Part shown: one piece after another, positions 59,501 through 64,000 of the stretch
How positions within the stretch are numbered: the first letter of the stretch is position 1
How the letters are laid out: each line of letters starts with the position of its first letter
Made by a program: the position numbers and the translations under genes
The notes under the pieces: generated by a model
Seen by the model: only the letters and a program-made list of their open reading frames with translations
Told to the model about the DNA's origin: nothing
Databases searched by the model: none
Assembly (NCBI GenBank): GCA_963664225.1
Contig: OY760937.1
Span: 864,001-928,000, forward strand
Origin: Verrucomicrobiia bacterium
GTDB taxonomy: Bacteria > Verrucomicrobiota > Verrucomicrobiia > Limisphaerales > UBA1319
Direction: 5' to 3'
DNA: 64,000 nucleotides

Positions 59501-60406
59501 GTCACGGTTTACCCGGGACCGAAATATCTTCAGGTGTTGGATAATAAGGACACCAATGTGACATTCGCAGGTTCCTGGAATACTGGCCCGGATGGTTACC
59601 TCGGGAGTTATCGATTTGCTTACGGTTCAACTGAAGCGGCCACAGCCACGGCCACATGTCGCCCGCACATCCCCGCAAGCGGGCCTTACGACGTTTACAT
59701 TTATTACATGAGAAGAATCATTGCATCCACCAGTTCTCAATGGCAAATCTCTTACAATGGAGGGGTCACAAACATTATCGTTGACCAAGCTTACCGGGGA
59801 GGAGCCGGCAAATGGTCTCTGCTTGCATCAGGTATAAACTTTATGGAAGGGACCAACGGATTTATTGCCTTATCCAACCTGGGGGACACCAATCAGATTG
59901 TGATTATAGACGCCGTTCGCGTGGTCTCCTCAACGGTGCCATTTGTGGTCAGTCAACCACTCAGCCAGTCGGTTAAAATTGGGAAATCGGCCACTTTGTC
60001 TGTAAGCGCCACGGGAAGCCCGCCGCTTTCCTATCAATGGAAATTCAATGGGACCGATATTACGAATGCCACGAGCACCAACCTGGTGGTTGCCAATGTC
60101 CAGCCTGACAAAGCGGGGGCTTATTCTGTCGTGGTCAGCAATTTTCTGTCTTCGGCGATTAGTACCAGTGCCATATTAACCCTGGCCGCACCGTCGGCTC
60201 CGAGACTATCAGCGATCTGGACCCCCAGCGAGGGCGTGATTCAATTATTGCTGAACAGCGATCCTGGGGTAGCGTTCACCATTGAAACTTCCACCAATAT
60301 GGTGGAGTGGACGACCTTTATGCAGATTCCAAGTGGGACTGGAACGAATGCGTTCAGCGACACCGTTACAAGCGATGTTCGGCGCTTCTATCGCGCCAGG
60401 TGGTAA
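56501..60406 (+). CDS. Large secreted surface protein: beta-propeller repeats, three bacterial Ig-like domains, golvesin/CBM-like domain, Ig domain, C-terminal module
   Basis: Repeated LYVGG.F......R..LA..D..TG....W.P; PP.V.I..P / Y..TA.A.D..G modules; QPLSQSV..G.SATLSV.ATGSPPLSYQW; signal peptide. Confidence 0.85.
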   Translation: MRHDSGCIFGLFAAISILSCCTVLAQPSSTPELNFPVADSTVLTAVETNGILYVGGYFTQIGPSTGAFAAVSPTSGVPARPFPYFSGTVSCSIPDGKGGVYVGGSFVTIGTVVTTNLAHLGADLTLDPSFAFAIDAGVTALAVYNDQLLVGGSFNAINGQSRSNLAQVNLVSKQAEAFGLPIDGPVQALVVSGDRLYLGGVFTHINDVTRNYLACVDLARGELTAWDPAPDSNFNLGVNTLVATDGRIYVAGDFNRLASTARAQVAAFDATTGQLLDWDAHVYVPYTAQTVQALAVSSNAVYIGGNFASLGGQSRSHLGAVDTITGSVLPWQPGIPYNAVRALAVSGNTVYVGGDFPGIGIDGPQYLAAVNGSSGAVLPWTPAPGGTVLSILPLNNQVFVGGAFGSIGGINRQVVAAIDLSTETPTSWDAHMMANGATGSFVSSLVLSGESLILSGWFYGIGGELRDSYGAVRLDDASVLPIDGSVLPQPGYPPRLSGLLFAGNNLIIAATYANPVPVVFDAVTGLQVDWDFGVDGGISSFAATSNTLYIGGSFAIAGGQPRANLAAFDIATRQLLPWHPIVNGSVATILARDQTIIAYGNFLTANGQSRTNLAVFDAVSGDLALGPTGLVLDGEIRDINATQNALYLAGNFNHVNQETRSCFAAVDLLTGQVRPWNPGVPTVSVNYEARGWKTLIAADKLIIAGSFSAIGGNPRTGLAAFALTNLPPKVQILIPTNNTVLHAPAQIPLEIQASSPSNAIARVEVYCRTNLIASTTNGSFATNWVVPRHVGDYLVTAVGYDRYGESAFSPAARITVNLPTDYIPPTVSITFPQSNAVYAPFSTIPVQTEVNAPKSSVEKLQVLLGTNVLATFTNAPYTFSLTNMSPGTYSVTALVEDEFGITATNGPVAFRINSPPHVFLVNALYGIVMGSHTNLQLTAPATDADGFISNVTIYNDGDVIASFTNAPFTFNWTNPPAGYYAFTAVATDDFGSKATSSVMKVTVYPGPKYLQVLDNKDTNVTFAGSWNTGPDGYLGSYRFAYGSTEAATATATCRPHIPASGPYDVYIYYMRRIIASTSSQWQISYNGGVTNIIVDQAYRGGAGKWSLLASGINFMEGTNGFIALSNLGDTNQIVIIDAVRVVSSTVPFVVSQPLSQSVKIGKSATLSVSATGSPPLSYQWKFNGTDITNATSTNLVVANVQPDKAGAYSVVVSNFLSSAISTSAILTLAAPSAPRLSAIWTPSEGVIQLLLNSDPGVAFTIETSTNMVEWTTFMQIPSGTGTNAFSDTVTSDVRRFYRARW

Positions 60407-60499
60407 AATCCTTGAATGGCTGGAGTAAGCTTTCGATGCCCATTCCTGAATAATTCTCCTGCCGTTGACGGATTGGGAGACTCTGTTAGCCTTTTTGAC

Positions 60500-60937
60500 G
60501 TGAACACAGGCAAGAAAGAACCCGTAGTGCGTTTCAGCATCTCCCTCCCGGGAGCGCTGGCCAAACAACTGGATCAGATGGCCCATCAGAAGGGTTACGA
60601 CAACCGTTCGCTCGCAGTGGCGGACATGATTCGGGCGACTTTGGTGGAGCACCGGCAAAATTCAGGTGATGAGGAAATCGCGGGGACCGTGACGCTTGTC
60701 TATGATCACCACAAACAGCATGTTCAGGCCGCGCTCACGGATATTCAGCATGACCACCACGAAGTCATCGTATCCACGCTGCATGTGCATCTGGACCATT
60801 TCAATTGCCTGGAGGTGCTGGTGGTTCGAGGCAAGGCGGGTGTGATCAAAAAAATCGCCGACGAACTGATCGCCGCAAAAGGGGTAAAGCACGGAAAATT
60901 AACTGTGACCACCACTGGCAGGGATTTAACTGCATAA
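60500..60937 (+). CDS. nikR: Nickel-responsive regulator NikR
   Basis: VRFSISL, GYDNRS, LVYDHH, HVHLDHFNCLEV, GVKHGKL; GTG start inferred. Confidence 0.93.
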   Translation: MNTGKKEPVVRFSISLPGALAKQLDQMAHQKGYDNRSLAVADMIRATLVEHRQNSGDEEIAGTVTLVYDHHKQHVQAALTDIQHDHHEVIVSTLHVHLDHFNCLEVLVVRGKAGVIKKIADELIAAKGVKHGKLTVTTTGRDLTA

Positions 60938-60978
60938 TACAGGATTCCTGCCTTGGCGCAGAGTCCGTTGCGCGTGTG

Positions 60979-62379
60979 TTATTGAAGCTTGATGTGCCCG
61001 ACCTCGTATAATTCGTTTTTCTCGGGGACGTCGATGGCCAGCCGAAGCGGACTGTGGTTTCCCTTGGCATCCACGAGAGACACGGCCAGCGTGTATTCGC
61101 CTGGTTTCAGGTCCTTGGGCACAGGCAGGATTCCATTAACGTCGCGCTCGCCAGGCAACCATTCGTGCGCATCCGCAATGGACGCGGAGGTGAATGCGAC
61201 ATTGCCGTTGCCATCCAGAAGTGAACAGCGCAGTTCGAATGGTCGATAGAGTTTGCCCACGCCCACATTGGCCCATTTCATTTTTAATTTCAGGTTCGCG
61301 CCAAGTGGGGCCGTTTTCTCGCACTCGAGTTCGCGCAGGACGAACCGATAACCGGAAAGTCGGGCGAGCTTCTCCAGTGCCGGCATGGCTTCCGGCGGCA
61401 CGCGGCCCACTTTGTCGTTGATGAGGGTGACGTGGTTGTTGAGCATGAAATTCACGGCGGCATCGAAGGACCAGTTTTTTAATTTGAGATAGTTGTAATC
61501 GCCAAACCATTCGAAGACGACCGGCGTGTGCTTCCAAGTCTCTCCCATGTTCGGAACCCCGGCATATTTTTTCGAGCCAATCCAATTTTCCTCGTGCCAG
61601 GGCGACCCCACGCCATCGCGGCGAAACCCCGTGCCATGTTCCAAAGCGTAAGCCAGAACCTCGGCATCGTCAGACATGAAGACCAGCGGTGTGCGGGGAA
61701 AGGCGTGCAGATACATGTCCACGATTTGCTTGCGCACTTCTAGCGAGGACGGGTGGGTGGTGTGCCATTCGCCCCAGACGCCGTAGGAACCGATATCGAG
61801 AAATTCGATGTCGGGACGACCATCGTAACGCCTGCCTAGGGCTTCAATGAACGCCTTGTGTTTGGCCAGATAAATGGGATCGGAATAGACCGGTTCGATG
61901 CGCGGGATGCGCCGACCGCCGCTGGTGGGGTCATCGCCGCCGACCAGAAACTCGATGCCTTTGCAGCCAGCGTCGAAGAGCCATTTGGGCGAGGCGTAGT
62001 ATCCACCGCTGTGGGCGTTGCAGGTCATGATCCGGATCGATACCGCCGCGCCTAGGGATTTCCAGGCCTCCAGGACGTCATCGATCATTTTCCAATTGTA
62101 TTGCCCTTCGACCGGTTCGGCATCGGCCCAATCAAAACGGATATAAACGACCGAGCATGGGAAACGAGGTTCGTTTCGCGGGCTGCGCTGCTGGCTCATC
62201 CAACCCTGACCGGGATTCGCAAAAAGGGTGTCCACCTCGCGGAATTGCAGGTGCTGCAAGTTGTCCTCCGCAGCGGTGGCGAGAAAGGAAAGATGCAGAA
62301 GAAATGCCAGACCGAGAGCTTTTGTCCAGGAGAGGTATTGCAAGAGCAGCGGATTCCGGTTCAAGGATGTTGAGTGCAT
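60979..62379 (-). CDS. Secreted DUF4832-type / GH-A-like glycoside hydrolase
   Basis: ANPGQGW, YIRFDWADAEP.EG.Y.W, LGRRYDG, DIGSYGVWGEWH, GYRFVL, WANVGV, WLPG. Confidence 0.72.
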   Translation of the reverse strand: MHSTSLNRNPLLLQYLSWTKALGLAFLLHLSFLATAAEDNLQHLQFREVDTLFANPGQGWMSQQRSPRNEPRFPCSVVYIRFDWADAEPVEGQYNWKMIDDVLEAWKSLGAAVSIRIMTCNAHSGGYYASPKWLFDAGCKGIEFLVGGDDPTSGGRRIPRIEPVYSDPIYLAKHKAFIEALGRRYDGRPDIEFLDIGSYGVWGEWHTTHPSSLEVRKQIVDMYLHAFPRTPLVFMSDDAEVLAYALEHGTGFRRDGVGSPWHEENWIGSKKYAGVPNMGETWKHTPVVFEWFGDYNYLKLKNWSFDAAVNFMLNNHVTLINDKVGRVPPEAMPALEKLARLSGYRFVLRELECEKTAPLGANLKLKMKWANVGVGKLYRPFELRCSLLDGNGNVAFTSASIADAHEWLPGERDVNGILPVPKDLKPGEYTLAVSLVDAKGNHSPLRLAIDVPEKNELYEVGHIKLQ

Positions 62380-62468
62380 TTGATTTAACGCATCCTAAGC
62401 AAACAGAGGTCTGCTGACAATGGCCAGTATGGCATCCCTGTTGCAAATTGGACGTTCCTGTTTTTCGT

Positions 62469-64000
62469 TTACCATCGGAAGAAACGATACGGATCATCCC
62501 ACTCTTCCGGTTGATCGACATAGAAGCCACTGATCCAGCGCTTTTCAGATTTGGAGGTGTCCAACGGCTGGTGGAAACGTTCGAGCAGCGGTGTGGAGCC
62601 AGCCGCACCCATGTTGGCGAGCAAACGTGAAACCAGGAAGGAGGCCCGACGGTGCGTGCGGTTGAGATTCGACTGTTTCGGCGAATCGAATTGCCAGGGA
62701 ACAAGCTGACAGTACACCACATTTGCATTGTCCGCGTTTGCCAGAACGCCATTCCCCACGATCCGAGCCCCTGAAGTGATCAGAGGCATTTCGCGAGGAT
62801 CGCGATTATGCACATCCGCAGGGCCGATACCCTCAAACGGCGAATTCATCACAGGCGGATCGAAATAAGTCGAAATATGTTCCGCTTTCTTCATGGTAAC
62901 CGGACCCGAAAAAAGCGCGCGGGTTTCGTTCTGTTCGAGTCCCAACGCGAGCAGGTTCCCGCCGGCTTTGAGCCAGTCAGAAATGAACTGCGTGCGGTCC
63001 GACAGGTTTTTTGCGCCACCAGGTCCCACAACAAGTACCTGATCGGGAGAGAGCGGCTTATCGTCCAAAGACGTGACGGCCACACCGGTTGATTCCAGAT
63101 GGCTCTTACCATTGGAATCCCCCGCGTAAACGACGCTCCGGCGGGGAGCGGGCATCCAGGTCGAGACGTAACGAAGAAGATTGCGAACCAAAGTCTCAGC
63201 CGCCGGATCGCTTTCCGTGCGGCCCGTTACATCCATCTGGCAGAACAACACCATGCCCCGACCTTCGCGATATTCCAAGAGCGGGCTGTATTGGAGGCTG
63301 AAGCCGCCGTCGAGAATCGGCAGGAAATCGCCGCACGCGGGTTTTTCAATGAGCACGGAAGCCACATTGCCGAGATTGCCGCAGCGCCAAATGCGGGTCA
63401 CTGGCATGCCGCACCAGTTCACCGTTGGCGCACCATTGAATTTGGGATTGGCCTCCACTTTTACGCGGGGCGCAAGAATGGTGGCTGCACCGCGCCAGTC
63501 GCACAGATTCCCGGCGGTAATACCTGCCAGAATGGGATGATCCGCAATCCTCGGGAAGACTTGCCTCAACCCATACTCTTCAACACGAAATCCAAATCGC
63601 TGTTCCAACACTTCAGAGGTCTGCTCGAAAACGACGACCTTCAAACCGTCGCGCACGCGGGTTATGTTTGGAGCGGGTCCGCCGACCGTCAGCGCGGCTT
63701 TGCCCACGATAAGGATGTCGTATGCCGACAGGTCAGCGCCCGCGTCCACGGTTTCGCACGGAATCCCAAGCTTCTTCAACAAAGCGCGCGTTTCACCGGT
63801 TTCACCCTTCGGATCGAATACGGCGATTTTTCCCATCGCCGGAACCGCCGGAAGCGCGGGCAGGACATCGTAAGCGAATGTGTCACGCTGGATATCGCCT
63901 TTGCCGAATTGGACCCACGCCGAAAGCTCATACCGACCCGGGGCCATCGTGGCCGGAATGGGCAGGATTATCGGAATGCGTTCCTGCTGACCGGCGGCAA
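62469..64000 (-). CDS. C-terminal part of a large hypothetical (possibly carbohydrate-active) protein, truncated by the window edge
   Basis: Frame stays open from the window edge (AAGQQERIPIILPIPATMAPG...) to the stop after DDPYRFFRW. Confidence 0.7.
   Translation of the reverse strand, partial: AAGQQERIPIILPIPATMAPGRYELSAWVQFGKGDIQRDTFAYDVLPALPAVPAMGKIAVFDPKGETGETRALLKKLGIPCETVDAGADLSAYDILIVGKAALTVGGPAPNITRVRDGLKVVVFEQTSEVLEQRFGFRVEEYGLRQVFPRIADHPILAGITAGNLCDWRGAATILAPRVKVEANPKFNGAPTVNWCGMPVTRIWRCGNLGNVASVLIEKPACGDFLPILDGGFSLQYSPLLEYREGRGMVLFCQMDVTGRTESDPAAETLVRNLLRYVSTWMPAPRRSVVYAGDSNGKSHLESTGVAVTSLDDKPLSPDQVLVVGPGGAKNLSDRTQFISDWLKAGGNLLALGLEQNETRALFSGPVTMKKAEHISTYFDPPVMNSPFEGIGPADVHNRDPREMPLITSGARIVGNGVLANADNANVVYCQLVPWQFDSPKQSNLNRTHRRASFLVSRLLANMGAAGSTPLLERFHQPLDTSKSEKRWISGFYVDQPEEWDDPYRFFRW

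Noticed and set aside
62430..62445. Sigma54-like site TGGCATCCCTGTTGCA
   Set aside because: Good GG-N10-GC match, but on the + strand between two - strand genes, pointing antisense with no gene to drive.

Overview
GC-rich bacterial chromosome segment. Gene content and protein style suggest Verrucomicrobiota (Pedosphaera/Limisphaerales-like); this is an inference. It holds three tRNAs (Ala-GGC, Gly-CCC, Arg-CCT) and a CDP-sugar / C-methyltransferase / GT2 / GT-C (YfhO-like) glycosylation cluster. Mobile DNA comprises a small tRNA-Gly-anchored integrase-excisionase-Mrr island and a complete IS3-family element. Other loci are a beta-propeller + ubiquitin-like (MoaD/ThiS) + VOC cluster, a TetR-HlyD-ABC exporter preceded by a 24x heptamer array, a PilV/W/X-like minor pilin cluster followed by an Hpt-like membrane protein apparently lacking its His, and several large secreted proteins. 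Housekeeping genes include atpC, rmuC, ridA, iscX, gatCA, gmhA, uvrC, nikR and two helicases. Three window-wide patterns are not explained by standard annotation: (1) strong Thr-Asn dipeptide enrichment in exported proteins; (2) a shared C-terminal 'TN(L/M)...W...(Y/F)(F/Y)R' module on two unrelated surface proteins; (3) a dispersed family of 8-11-nt-period purine-rich intergenic repeats, all on the + strand. All calls rest on motif recognition by eye, all counts are manual, and no database searches were run.
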